From the NCBI RefSeq assembly GCF_009914755.1, contig NC_060927.1: DNA of 64,000 nt. One strand, 5' to 3'. Positions 15,883-30,527 of the stretch are shown one piece after another. The notes below the pieces were generated by a model that ran no database searches, was not told the DNA's origin, and saw nothing but the letters and a program-made list of their open reading frames with translations. Position numbers and translations under genes: made by a program. Within the stretch, counting starts at the first letter, position 1, and each line of letters begins with the position of its first letter. The DNA comes from the human T2T-CHM13v2.0 reference genome, Homo sapiens.

Positions 15883-16117
15883 TTTTAATTTTTTTCATAA
15901 TTTCAACTTTTAGATGTGGCGGGTACGTGTGCAGGTTTGCTACTGGAAAATGGGTGGATCTCATCACCCAGGTACTAAGCATATACTTAGTTGTTGGTTT
16001 TTCACTCCCGCTTCAGCCTCCCTCTGGGAGTCCCCAGTATCTATTGTTGTCATCTTCATGTCCATGAGTATCGCTGGTTTAGCACCCACTTACAAGTGAG
16101 AACATGTAGTATTTGAA
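15883..16117 (-). mobile_element. L1PA (L1PA15/16-like) 3' end fragment
   Basis: gtacgtgtgcaggtttg...catcacccaggtactaagcata...cccacttacaagtgagaacatg. Confidence 0.8.
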
Positions 16118-18817
16118 TTTATGCAAAAAATAGACTATATAAACATGGAATTTAAAAAGTAGTCAAGTACAGTTAGGTTAAAAGATTCTTAAGATTTTTA
16201 TTATGAATGTATTTGAATAAATATGAATTTTCTGTGCTTTTTTTCTCTTTTATGCACATAGTATTCAAATACTATGCACAGTAATTACTGAAGTGGTTTT
16301 TGCTGTTTGGCATCTATTATGTACATATTCATAAATGCTGTATGAGGTTTGCTACCTGTCAGCTTTTTCTTCCAAATAAAACATTTTAATTATTCAGAAA
16401 GTTTTGTTATTAAAACAAGGCACAGCCACAGCTTTCTCCCCTCCTCTCCCTTTTCTTCTCATGGGTAAAGCATATTGGCTTCAGTTTCAAAAGTGGGACT
16501 TCCGCAGGCCTGGAATACACAATTTAAATAATACAAAGAATGTCAAATATTAATAGTACTGGACTCATAGATAAAGTATATGAATGATAAACTGTTTTAA
16601 AAAGTGATGTTGCTATTTATGGATTTTTAGATACTCGCTTATAGTTCTTGAAAAATTACAAATCTAAAATATTGCCTTTATATCCTCAACCTGTTAAAAC
16701 TTTCAGAAGTTATATTCTGAAATCCAGACTTTTCCCAGACTCTTTTAAACTATTTTATCAATCCATTCCTTAATTTTCTCCTCAAAACAAGTTTATTTCT
16801 ACATTTTTTATAATTTTTCCCACTCTGTTCAGCTAGTAGCTCAGTAATGACTTTTGCTGAATTGTTACAGCTATATTTGCTAAATAATTCTACTCAATCA
16901 AAGTCTAACAACATTCTCTGCCTATGTGTTAAGCTTCCATTACCACATAGAATTTTAAATCAAGGGTATTTGATCAGTACGATATATGACTTTTTAAATA
17001 AAAATACTACTTAAAATACAAAGGAGAATATCATATTAGTCAGAGACATTATAAGTGTATGTTGATCATTAATATTATTATGTAAACATTTTTTTCTTCA
17101 AAATAATGTTTCAAACACACCTCAGATATTTTCTGTGTAGTGTATTAAGGTGCTAAAAATTATTTCTACCTCTAGAGAAAATGAAGACAGTAGTACCCCC
17201 CTATAAAGAGACTATGGAAGGGAGAATTTTGTGTGTAAATATTTCAATTCATATGCGTGTATGTTTATATATGTTTACTATGTATTTCCATACACAGCCA
17301 TTGTATTCGTCACTTTTTAAAAAATTATATTTTAGAAGATATTCGGTGTCTAATCTCTACCTTCATGGTTTATTATTTCAATGGTTGCTTGTAGGATCTT
17401 TTGCCGCTTTTGGAGTCACTGTACTTTTAAAACAGTGGTAGATTAAGCACATCCTTTCTCCATACCAGCCGTAAATTTTTAAATAACTTTTGCTTCAATA
17501 CCATTTTTGAGACTAGTTCCTAAGCTTTTTTCAGTAACTTTCTACCCTTGGATTTGGGTTTAAATGGCAGATTTTTTTCCCAAAAGCTATATACAAAACA
17601 TATTTTTATCTTCTAGAAGATAAAAGCAATTAATAGTCTTCAAATCCATTGTAATGTTAAGAAGTAGATACTGAGTATATTTTATCTTAAAAAGAAAAAT
17701 ACAAGATGAGTTTCATAAAAGTTCCACTACCATCCTTAGGAAGAAGTAAATCTATATTAATATTTAAGATATATAAAATAAACATGGTTTACTTAAACAG
17801 TTAATTCAAGATAAATTTGTACATCGTGACAAAATCTGTTTAATGTTTTTATTTCTAGTAGCTTTACATTTTTGCAATGAGACAAAGTTTCATCCTTCAG
17901 ATGAGCAGCATGGGAGAAAACAGGTCATTGACAATATAATCTGGATCTAAGAGAAAGAACTTGGAAGAAGTAAACTATTTCAGTGGCAGGACCCCAGAAA
18001 AAATGACATGTATCTTGCATTCTTCAGATATTTTTCTGGGACTCTACACAAACCTGTTAGCTTTCCCAGTAAGATGAAAAAATGATCCTAATTTCCCAGT
18101 AAGAACAAAAAATGATCCTAGGTGCAAGTGTTGGCTTGGTCTTTGGTCAAGTCCATACATTAATCAATATCTCAATGGTTCCCAGCCAAATTTATGCTGA
18201 AGAAGAATGCTTAGGTTCTCACTATTTTGTATCTGGCTTAAAAGATTAGACTATCAGCCAGTGATAGCGTTTCTTGTCTATTGTTCACATACTCAGTGTT
18301 TCTTGCCCTTGGTATGCAGTAGAGCTTACTTCACTGAGCTGCTAAGGAAAAACAGCAGTCTCTCTCAAGATAAATTCATTCTGTAGAAGCCACCCTAGAA
18401 CGTGATGGAATATTTTGGATATTTCATGAGGGATTTTGTTTTCTTCTAATATATATCTGTATTTCATGCTAATTTAGTTTTACATCTATCTTGAAAATAG
18501 CCATTTACTGGCACTTTTATTACTTTTCAATTTGTATTACTTCCCTGGTGCCACTTATTTCATATTTGACTTAATTTACCACTACATTGACTGTAAGGCT
18601 ACCCCAGGATAGGTCATTTACACTGTGACTGTTTTGTTGGCACATATTTTCAATACTCTAAGCAATTAACCTGCCAATTCTTGATATAAAACATAATAGA
18701 AATATTACACAAATATTGCTATAGGTGTACTCATACATTGTCTATATTGAGAGAATTACAGAGAAGAGTTACCAAATCCAGTTTTTTAATCGCTATCTAT
18801 GAAGTAAATAAGTAATC

Positions 18818-18921
18818 CTTTTAGAATCTGGGGTACATGCACAGGTTTGTTATACAAGTAAATTATTTCATGTCATAGGGTTTTAGTGTACAGATTATTT
18901 CATCACCCAGGTGATAAGCAT
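18818..18921 (-). mobile_element. L1PA (L1PA13-16-like) 3' terminal fragment
   Basis: ggggtacatgcacaggtttgttatac...catcacccaggtgataagcat. Confidence 0.7.
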
Positions 18922-20044
18922 CTTCTGATCACTAAATTTTTAAAAAAACCCTCATATCTACTCAATAAAAAGAAGAAAATTACCAAGTTAAATTAAGTGT
19001 AACATTCTAAACTCTTAATGACCAATAATGTAATTATTAAATTGTTCAACTAAATTTACATAAAATAATTGTTTCCTTTTTCTCTTGGTTTTTTTTCCCA
19101 CCTATTCTCCTATATCTCCTTTTTCCATATTTCATACACTTTTTTCCTTTCCCATCTGTTCTCACTCTTTACTTCATTTTCTTCCCTTTCACTCTCCTAC
19201 ACTGCTATATTTTTCTTCTTTACTTTCCCTTTACTGCCTACTTACATAAGCATCATTATTTTCATATTCATATTTACTTCCAAGACATTGAATTATTGTA
19301 TATCGTGTTATGCCATTCAAGGATCATTTCACAATGTTAATTATTTCTTATTTCTTATGGATATGGATTTTGTTGTCATAGCATAAAACCTTGAGGACAT
19401 CTAGTGTATATTTCTTATTACAGTCCCAGTAGTAGGGAAGGTAAATCTGTAGTTAGTATTGATTTAAAAAGGTATTTCTGCTAGTTGTAATTTCCTCTTC
19501 CTAGAGATATTTTAAGATTCTCCACTACTTCCTTGTTAAATTGATTATCATATTATTAGAAAGTAATTATTTTAAACTTTGTGGAACATTTACTAGTGAC
19601 AAGTATGAATGCGAGAAACACAAATTTTCAAAAGTTAATGTATTTTACAAAATGCGAATATTTCATGTTTTTGACCCAGAAAATCTCTACATGTATTTAT
19701 ATTGATTGTTCACCTTATAACAGGGTGAAGTTAAACAACAAACAAACAAAAACAAACAACAAAATCCCAGAACCAAGAAAACATGGTCACAAATAAAATC
19801 AAGCATCCCAGTACATCTCAACCTCATTGCTTTCTTGCTACTGCCTTCTCATTTTATTAATATCAGTGTTTACATCTGTCTAGAGAAAACTTATTGATTC
19901 TATAATCTAAAAAGAATATAAACTGTTAGTTTTTGTCAGCTAATATATGAATGTGTACTTGCGTTACATAGTTCTACCAGAGCTTTTAGCCATCTATTTT
20001 TCAACCACATTTTACTACTACTCAACATAAAAATAAATCAACAA

Positions 20045-20333
<289 letters not shown>

Positions 20334-20822
20334 AAAATTAATCAACAAATATTTAATAAAGTTTGCCATATATGTGTGCTATATTTCTTGTTATTCAATA
20401 AAGCCAATATCTCATGTATATCTCAATATGTATTTCTCTACACAGAGTCATATTGGGAAGAGGAAAAAATATTTAAAACAAATGAACATGGAAAATATTT
20501 ATTTTCCCCTTAATATATGGCAGCCTAATTAATAATTAAGCACTTTGCTGTCATATTAAATTCTGTAAACAGACAGACTTGGCCTCAGATTATCTCTGAT
20601 AATGATACTCCCTCTCTCTATATATTGTATAGAATATACTCATGTAACAGGAGAAAATTTAAGTTGAAACAAAGAGAAATTAAAAAATAGAGAGAGCCTT
20701 TGCAGTCCAGAGGCATTTTTGCCAACATATTTCCTTTGTATTTAAAACCTAATTTGATTCACATTGGGATTTTTAAAATTTAATTGAGTTACTCATGAAT
20801 ACCATCAAAGAATATCATTTTT

Positions 20823-21270
20823 TGTCTTAGATGGAATATACCAACGGAGATTCATGAATGAACATTTATGTGGAAGTAATTTATTAAGAAGTCTTTAGCA
20901 AAAATTCAGGAGAGTAAGAATATGGGGGCAAGATGCTAAAACAAGCAAAGCCCTTTAAAGGACAACTTTAGTTCCATCTTGCAGGGGATTTCTGGGCTAA
21001 CGGTAAATACCAACTCAGAGCTGTTTTAACAGGAAAAGAGGGGCGGGAGTATTTACATGCCACAAACACCTGTCAGTCACTGAGTTACAAAAGGGAAAGG
21101 AGATGCTGGCTCTCCATGGAAGAACAGGTAAATTGTGATCAGGCCGACTTAGAGCAAGACTTTGGTAAGGTGCAGTCACTGACTCTTACGAGTGGAAGCA
21201 TACCAGTACCCAATGTGCATGGGAACGGTAAAGGGATCAGAAGGGATATGCGTGGACTACAGCGAGCTTC
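20823..21270 (-). mobile_element. Ancient ERVL-type LTR fragment (LTR16/LTR33-like)
   Basis: Weak resemblance only (gaagtaatttattaagaagt; ttccatcttgcaggggatttctgg). Confidence 0.35.
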
Positions 21271-21319
21271 AATTTTTGCAAAGGAAGGAGTAGTCTCCAA
21301 TTCTGTATTATACGAACCT

Positions 21320-22780
21320 TATTTTAGCTGAAGTACAGATGTCAGTGACACATTATTAAACCAGAATAAATTTCACCTTTTTATGTGTACATTCTGATGA
21401 ATTTTGTCAATTAAATAGAAGCACTTTCACATTATTCATACTATAAAACATTTCCAGCCAATTAAAGTGTATCTTTGACTTTTTTTTGTAGTTCTTCCTT
21501 CCTCTTGCCTCCTCTGCCACCACTGGGGACCACTGATCTCCTTTCTGTCCCTATAGTTCTACATTTTCTGTACTTGCATATAAACCCTATCATAACACTT
21601 ATTCTTTTGTGCTTCATTTTTTAAAAATATTGTATAATATGTTTGATATTCATTCATGTTTTTTAATGTATAAATATTTTGTTTCTTTTTATTGTTGGGT
21701 AACATCCTGTGGAATGAGATATCACAGATTTTTTATTCACTGGTTGGTGACTACAACATTGCACATTTCAATCAGATATCTCTGAGCATTCCATTTGTTC
21801 TACATTGAGGTACCGCTCCTCACAAGAGGGCATCAGCTGTGAGGGTCTGCCTGCAGACCCTGACCTAAATGATGGATGAATAAAACGTACACTGACACAC
21901 AGATATTCTGTTATCCCAGTCCTGCGGAGTGTCTGACCGCCTACACACCAAGAGAGGCTGTCACTGAGGCCGGTCCTGAGCAGCTCGCACTCCAGGCATT
22001 TATTGAGTGTACAATTAACAACAGAAGCTTTGAGTAAACACACTTGTGGATGATTAACCTGGTTAAGAGAGTAGTTCTAGGAATGATTAAAGCTCAGGTA
22101 TTGCAGTCTAAAGTAAATACCATTAGGGGGCAATTTCCCTGGTCGACCTCCCCGTCACCCTCCCCGCCACCCCCCAGAGGGCCATCTAGCTTAAAGGTTA
22201 GTTAATGGAGGTAGGGTTAACAGACTGAACTGAGGAAGCCTCTATTGTCCCTAGTATTTACCCTATGACCCAATGCTTTAAGGTAAGAACCGGCTGCCTT
22301 CAGCCTGTTCAATTTTTATAAGCTATGTAACCTTTCAGCCTTCCAAAAAGCTTTGTGACTATTCCCTATAACTTCCCCTAATATTTCCCTTTAATATTTC
22401 TGCCACCATCCTGAGTGAATCCCAACACTACATCCTTGCTAATATTGAGTATTGTCAAGTGTTTTGATTTTAGCAAATCTGGTAACTGTGTAGTATTATC
22501 CAATTATAGTTTTAATTTGCATTTTCTGGGTGACTAATGTTGCAGGATGTATTTTTATGTGCCTCTTGGCCATTCATAAATATTGTTTTGTGAGTAATCT
22601 ATTCAAAATCATTTGCTAATTTTTTGGAAGAAAGTACTATTTTTCCACAGAACTATTAAGTTGTCTTAGCACCATTTATTGATACGACTATATTTGCTTT
22701 ATTTATTAACTTACAATTGGGTTATAGAACTCAGCCTATAAGTCTGAGTTTATTACTGCACTTTCTAATCTCTTTCATTT
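21320..22780 (-). mobile_element. Old L1 (L1M) 3' fragment interrupted by LTR22
   Basis: ccactgatctcctttctgtccctatagtt; ttttaatttgcattttctgggtgactaatg; the L1 sequence continues across the LTR22 insertion. Confidence 0.65.
21806..22427 (-). mobile_element. LTR22 (HERV-K22/HML-5) solo LTR with terminal PBS-containing extension
   Basis: Minus strand starts tgttgggattcactcaggatggtggcagaaatattaaaggg; 6-bp TSD ctacat at 21800-21805 and 22428-22433. Confidence 0.88.
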
Positions 22781-23089
22781 ATCTGACATTACCACTATGC
22801 GCACTGTCTTTGGTGTTACATTTTCAAATGCATTGTGTTGTTTTTGAGTATTCAAAGATGGCAATTAATATGTTTCAAAATTGTTTCAGATATTCTGTGT
22901 ATTTACTTTTTGTCTTCTTTTGCTAACAATTACTTATAGATGGAGTCTCCTTTGTGACTATGAATGAATTCATTCCACTATTAGCCCTCAATCTTTCTTC
23001 AAGAAAGGAAAGATATTATCTTCATATTTCAGAAAAGGATAAAACTTTTATGTGGAAGTCTCTCCAGTAAAAACATCAGCTTTATCTAT

Positions 23090-23670
23090 TTCAAATTTAG
23101 ATTTTCAGTTTTTACTTATCTGTCTTGACGATTTATTACTAGGCTTTTTAAGATTGTCAATTCTTTTTCATGAGTTTACTCTTTCCTCATTGAGACTTTT
23201 TTTTTCTCTGAGTGTTATTTCTCCTTTGAACCCAAAGTCTCTTTTACCTGATAACAATATTGTCAATAATGTAATCCTGTTAACTTTGTATTTGTGTTTT
23301 CTGGCTTATGATTTTTTTATCGTTTTACTTTATCACTATCTTTTTTATATATTTAAATTGCAAATATTATAAACAGCATATAGATCCATCTTGCTTTTGG
23401 ATCAAGACACCAAATGTCTGCACATTCTTGAAGTGTATAGTTCATTTAAGTGTAAACTAATTATTGAAATTATTACATTTAACTCTACCGACATTCTTTT
23501 ATATTGGTCTCATTGATTGTTATTTTTTATTTTTTGTCTCTTTCCACTTGCTATTAGTTGAATTTACTCTAATTATTCAATTTAATCTCCCATTGGCTTT
23601 CCCACCTTACTTGTGTGTTTGTTTAGGAGCCTTTTTTATTGGTAGATTGGCAATCAAATTCAAGTAAATC
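23090..23670 (-). mobile_element. Highly diverged L1M fragment
   Basis: T-rich sequence resembling antisense L1 ORF2 5' region. Confidence 0.35.
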
Positions 23671-23674
23671 AAAT

Positions 23675-24140
23675 TGTAACCCGGGGTCCTTGGGTTTTTG
23701 GTATGCACTGTGAAAAAGTAACCACATGCAAATGTTGTAACTTGAGTTCTCATTGTTTTAAAAAGTTCTAAGAAGAAGCTCAGCCCCAGAAAAAACAAAA
23801 ACCGATTGATCCAGAGACGCCTGAGTTGTAGATAAACTCTGGCAAACTTTCCTCTTTATCTTAGTAAAATCTCTGCCAAGGGAGAAGCTCATGGCCATTT
23901 TCTATACCTGGAACATATATAGAAGCATGACCCATGACTGCACCTGCACTGCCTTTACTCCACCTCTACATATAATGACTCAGCTTATCAGCCCAATAAA
24001 AGCCCTGTTTTCACCTTTGTTCAAGGTGGCATTGCTTTGAGATCCACCCCCAGTTTCCTCCTTACTTGCTGCAAGTAATAAAATCCGCTTGTTAAATCCT
24101 CACTGGTTGTGGTCATTGTAACTGCCAAGCAATCAGAATC
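23675..24140 (+). mobile_element. ERVL-class LTR (LTR47-like)
   Basis: Begins tgtaac; gcctttactccacctctacat, aataaaagccctgttttcacc and aataaaatcc...ggttgtggtcattg motifs. Confidence 0.6.
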
Positions 24141-25094
24141 AATTTATAAATATGTAGGAGGATAAAATACAGATATAAATCCACTGAAAGACGTTTCATT
24201 AATAGTAGCATACTCTGCACATACTCTGAATCATTTTTTGCTTACCTGCAGCTAAGACCAATCGTCTGCCTGGAGCCACATGCAATCCCAGCACAGGCAT
24301 TTGGAGGCTTAGTAGTCCTCCTCTCCTTTTTCATTCATTTTGTTTTTTCTCTTATTCTTTTGTCTCTATACTCTTCAACTTTTATATTTTTTATTGACTA
24401 CACTAAGCTTTTCTTGAGCTCCCTAGATTTGATAAAGTTGTCCTTCTGGCATGTTTTTGCCAGCTGTCATGGCTCATAGTGCAATTTAAGCCTCTGTTGC
24501 ACACTATTGTAAATCCAGGTAATGAAAGCCACAAACTTCTCACAAGCATTATGAAGCTGACATCTGTCAAGATAAATATTGTGCACTCAGCAAGGAGGAG
24601 ATGGTTTAGATGGCTAGCACAGTTAACCTTGATATTTTATTTGAGAATGCTTTAGATGCCTGATCAAAGTAGGGGAGTGTTGCTTAGCTGATATTATGTA
24701 AAATGCGTAGGTTAGTATTATGTCCTTAATAAGTAGTAGTTTAAGTTTTTAAGAACATGTTTGTATTGTGGAGGAAAATATATTTTATTATAATATTTAT
24801 GCACATTATTTTAATAAAATACACATATATGAAAGTATAAATATAAGGAATATCACAATTATTTCTTCCATTAAAAGCCCAATGATGCTATTTATGGATA
24901 CTTATATCTTTTTAAAATTTTTATATTGAACAACATATGCAAATTTGTCTTATTTTTCAGTAAAATTTATGTCATATACATTTCCACAGTAGTCATGTAA
25001 ATTTAAAATCTAAATGCTAACATGAAGTTATCCCACTACTTTCTCTTTTTGCTGACAGAGTTCAAAGAGTGCTTTAATTGTGATGAATACAACA

Positions 25095-25380
25095 ATGACA
25101 ATAAGTACTAAAGCTGACAACTTTCTGTAGGTCAGACCATGTGCCAAATGATTAATATGTATTATCTCATTTAATCATAACACTCACCCTATCAGGTTTA
25201 TCATTAGATAATATCATGCATATATAATATAAATATACATACAATGATATGGCCAATATTTTATTATTATACTTTCTAAATTTTGTAGACAATGAAGCCA
25301 AAGATTAGAGGAGTGAAATAAAATGGTCAAGACAATAAAGCCAGTAAAAGAAATAGCTGGCACTTGAATACAGTCTTATA
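25095..25380 (-). mobile_element. MIR SINE
   Basis: atgtattatctcatttaatcataacac...gtagacaatgaagcc...gattagaggagtgaaata core. Confidence 0.65.
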
Positions 25381-25440
25381 AACAGCCACATAATTATTTA
25401 TTGTAATATCCCACCATATCTAGCACTATGCAAGTGATAG

Positions 25441-25811
25441 TGTATTGGTTCATTCTTACATTGCTATAAAGAACTACTTGAGACTGGGTAGTTTATGAAG
25501 AAAAGAGGTTTCATTGACTCGCAGTTCCATATGGCTGGGGAGGCCTCAGGAAACTTACAGTCATGGCAGAAGGTGAAGGGGAAGCAAGGCACTAATTTCC
25601 ATGGTGGAACAGGAGAGAGAGTGATGGGGGAAGTGCCACACTTTCAAACAACCAGCTCTCCTAGGAACTCACTCACTATCACTAACCCAAGAACAGAGAG
25701 GGGGAAGTCAGCCCCCATGATTCAGTCACCTCCCAACAGGCCCCTCCTTCAACACTGGGAATTATAATTCCACATGAGATTTGTGTGGGGACACAGAGCC
25801 AAACCATATCA
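25441..25811 (-). mobile_element. THE1D-like MaLR solo LTR
   Basis: tgtatt...ggctggggaggcctcaggaaacttacagtcatggcagaagg...ggacacagagccaaaccatatca; 5-bp TSD gatag/gataa. Confidence 0.92.
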
Positions 25812-26689
25812 GATAAGGAAATGAAGATACATTTTTAGTCACAACTCACAGGTAAGAGATTTTCCTGTTTTTCATCCCAATTCCTTGATATATACAGAGA
25901 TCACTGTAGAAACAGATGAATGATAGTCACTATGAAAAGAAAATGGTTGATTATATAAGAATAAAAAGACAGTCTTCAGTCATTCCCTTTGAGCACACAG
26001 AAGAAATAAAAAAAAAACTGCTTGTACCAAGGTATAAACAAAAACTTGGAAATAACAATTCCAAAAGAATTATATTTGCTTTCTTCACCAGACAGCAAAA
26101 CACTGAAGATCAAGAGCAGACAGAAGAAACACTATTGTTATAACCATGCTTTTATTATTATTTCTTAAGAAACAAAATACTGAAAACTGATTTTGGAAAT
26201 CATCACATATGCTTTATAAAATTTTTCCATATACATATATACTAGTTGAGGCACATATTAAATGTGTGAGTCTTTTTTGCATACTTCCGCATATGCTTTT
26301 TAGATAGTTACTAAATTCATATGTCTTTAAAATTCTGCTTATTTTTGTATAGAGGTTAGGAATAAAAGAAAGACTATGCCATCAGAGTAGAAATTGAGGT
26401 GCTCTTATCTACACAGTAAAGCATCACTCTCTTATGAGAAAAAATAAGAAGTGGGGGGACAGCTAATACAGCATGCTATCTTTTCTGCAAAAAGCTTAAA
26501 GAAGATTATGCAGGTATATTTGTTTAATTTCAAGGAATTTAAGATTGAAATATTAACTACTGAATGTTTAAATAAAATAATACAGAAAAGAAAATACATT
26601 AATTTAGTTTTCACTTTGAGCCATATTTATGCTTTATATTTCTGAAAATGAAATTCAGTACAAGGATAGAAAAGTACCATGAAAAAATA

Positions 26690-27500
26690 TAAAAAATAAA
26701 TGTAAAATTAAGCACAAATGTTAAAAAACAAATCTAACTCTATTAAATTTGTAACATTGTGCTAAAGAATAAATATTTCAAGTAGTTTTAACACAGTTCC
26801 TGACTGTGTAGGGATATAACAGAATATATCTAAGAAAAAAATCAACTACAAAGGCACTTTAAACTTTATTCAGTAGGTTTTTTGTTAGCACTAATGTTGA
26901 CACTGTAATTTTTAAACTACATTAAATATATTATTTTAACCTATATTCAATATTTATAAATTTATTTAAGATAGTTATCTGATAATGTATATTACGGGAA
27001 AAAGAAAATAAATAAACTTATTGAGGATATTGGGAAGTAGTTTTTATAGTACAAAAGTATTGAATAAAATAAATTAATAAAACTTTATTGCTAAATTTGA
27101 ATAGAATACAATAGTAATTATAGTTTAAAATATTTATTTTATATATATTGAATATATATTTCAGCATATTTTTTAGTATATATTTCAGTATTTTCAGTAT
27201 ATTTTTTGTTCTGAAATAATCTAGACACAATGACCTCCCAGGAACTACATGTCCACATAGCACCCAGATCTTGGTTTTAAAAACCACTCTCCAATATAAT
27301 AAAAAAGTTGATAATTGGAGAAATAGCTGTTTCTTTGGCTGATAACGGACAATACAAAAAGTGCAAACTGCACACAATATTCTGATCAAATAATAATGTG
27401 TTTGTATCAAAAATTGTAAGAATAAGGTTATTGACTTGTGTGGAAAAAGGGCTTTTATCAATATAAAATATAATTTTTGTCCTTTGAATACTATACACCT
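26690..27500 (+). mobile_element. L1MC4-like 3' UTR fragment
   Basis: cacatagcacccagatcttggttttaaaaaccactctccaata...ggagaaatagctg motif. Confidence 0.6.
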
Positions 27501-28163
27501 TGAAATCTTCATTTGTTTTACAATACAAATAATAAATCAACCTTAATTTTGGTGATATACATTTGGTATATCTTTCTACTACATTTATTTTTAAGTTTTT
27601 TTGTATCATTTAGTTTTAAAGCCCTCTCATGTCAAAGACATAGAGCCTTTGAGGAGAGGGAGAGGGAGTGAAATTCCAATAGGAAGACAGTGCCTTTACA
27701 TTAGTAGCTTTAACCTATTCATGTGATTGTGATTTCTGAGGTGAATGAAAATATTTTATAATTTTGTTTCATGTTAATCTATCATTTTATTAGTTTGATT
27801 ATACATGTCTTTTCCTATGTTTTGATGTTTTGAGTTTTCTTTGCTTCATTTTGTTGCAATTTGTAAAACTATATATTTCTACTTAGAAATTTTTAGCTGA
27901 ATTTCCTCCACATATTTGATCACTTTAAACTTAAATTTTCTAATAAAGCTGAAGTTTAACTGATCAGTTTTACTCACTTCAAGTAGACAGAAGTACCTAT
28001 TTTATCCTCTCTTTTTCTCAAATCTTTTTCCCATTAATAAATGAACATGTGTCCATACATCATCACACAAAAATGTATTTGTTTTTACGTAGGTAGTAGT
28101 TTTTAACCAAAACACTTTTTAAAACACTCACTAGTTATTTAGAATAACTGATATATACTGATA

Positions 28164-28187
28164 CACACACACACACACACACACACA
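28164..28187. repeat. (CA)n microsatellite
   Basis: Seen directly. Confidence 0.9.
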
Positions 28188-28513
28188 ATTAGTATTATTG
28201 CAGACTTATTCGTAGTACCAAATTCTTTAATAACATTATACAAGTGTCAATAAGTTTAATAATTGACAAAAATATAACACATCAAAGATGGAATCTTTGC
28301 TGTCAATACTGATCTTCATATTTTCAAGGTTGATGAAAATACCAGCTAAGAATTAGATAAGGAGTTAGTTCATATTATGAAATGTCTTGCTAGTGTCAGT
28401 TATTATTTGATACATTATACTGTCTTTCTCTATTCTTTCCTTCCATTCTACATTTCTTCAGTGTTCTTCTGTTGTCTTAAATTTTACCCACTTAAACTAG
28501 AAGTAAACAAAAT

Positions 28514-29277
<764 letters not shown>

Positions 29278-29463
29278 AAACAAAATTTCCTACCTACATG
29301 TAAACAAAAAACAAAAAGTCAGTGCCAGGGGACTTGGTGGGGGTGGTGGTGGTGGTGGTGATGTGTTTTTTCTCTAGTAATAGACACAGTGCTTGATTAA
29401 CAGTAACTTCTTAATACTGTATTTGACTAGAAACCAATAGACCTGTGTAGGCCTTGTTTACAG

Positions 29464-30140
29464 TGAAATCGACTTTGCAAAAAATATATTAGTGAGAAAA
29501 ATTATATTAGTAAGCTAAGCTAGCACAACCACCATTTTGCCTTTCCCTTAATTAATCCTAGGCTACTGGGCCAAGCTAACTTTGGAAGTCATTCAGGCTA
29601 TAGTTTAAATGATAATAGGCCTTGCCCAAAACTCAATAGCTTTTGTAAAGCTAATAGGAGGGCATCAGGCTGGGGAGAGGAGAGGAAACGGAGTGCTGCT
29701 AAGGCGCAGACATAGACAATTGTCAGGCATTATTCTGGAAGGTTATAAGATATGCTGCTTCCCCAATTACTCCTGGGAAATCTTTTCAGGTTTTTGCATG
29801 TCTGCCATGGCTCCACCTTGAAGGCCCCACCTGGACCCTCCAACTTAGCTCCTATGTCCCCACCCAGAAGAGATTCAGCTCACAGGAAGACAGCTCCCGT
29901 CTCCTATGATTGTATCTCCAACCCAACCAATCAGCAACAAACAGCTAGCCACTGCCACCCCTTCCCCCAAACTGCCTTTAAAAATCCTCTAACCTATAAG
30001 CTTTGCATGAGATGATTTGAGTACCAACGCCAATCTCCCATATGGCGTGGCTGGCCTAGTGTCTATAAAACTCTTTCTTTACTAAGATACTGTGGTCTCT
30101 TTTTATGCAGTGGGCAGGAAGAACCCCTTAGGCAGTTACA
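29464..30140 (+). mobile_element. ERV1 MER4-group solo LTR (LTR8-related)
   Basis: Starts tgaaatcgactttgcaaaa, has CCAAT motif accaatcagca, ends ggcagttaca; TSD acag/atag. Confidence 0.75.
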
Positions 30141-30527
30141 ATAGTTCAAATTTCTATGCATGGTGTTAAAAATCATCATTCAAACACACATATAATGAAC
30201 ACTTATTATGTGTCATAAATTATTCCAAGCCTTTGGTACTGATGGTAAGTAGTAGAGTCAAGATTCAAACAAGCAATTTGATTCAAAACCAGTTCTTAAA
30301 CACCACACAGTGCTGCTCTCTAACCTTAATTAATGGAGTGAAAATAAATTTTATGGGACCACACTAATCTGTGGAAATAGCCTCCCTAATAGATAAGTTT
30401 TGATCTAAATTCTAAAGAAAACAAGAAGACAAAGATAGATATAGGCTTTACAAGTCAACTTTGGGTTTGTGAGGGTAAGTTTTACAAAGCATAGGGACAA
30501 CAGACACATTTACTTAAAGACAAGGTG

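Noticed and set aside
18062-18121. CRISPR-like repeat
   Set aside because: Only two adjacent units, no spacers, eukaryotic context, no cas genes.
21817-21835. tRNA gene (also 31217-31236)
   Set aside because: Only ~18-20 nt matches a tRNA 3' end; there is no cloverleaf or A/B boxes, so these are retroviral PBS relics.
27018-27609. 164-aa and 110-aa minus-strand ORFs
   Set aside because: Antisense to an AT-rich L1MC 3' fragment; low complexity and no recognisable domain.
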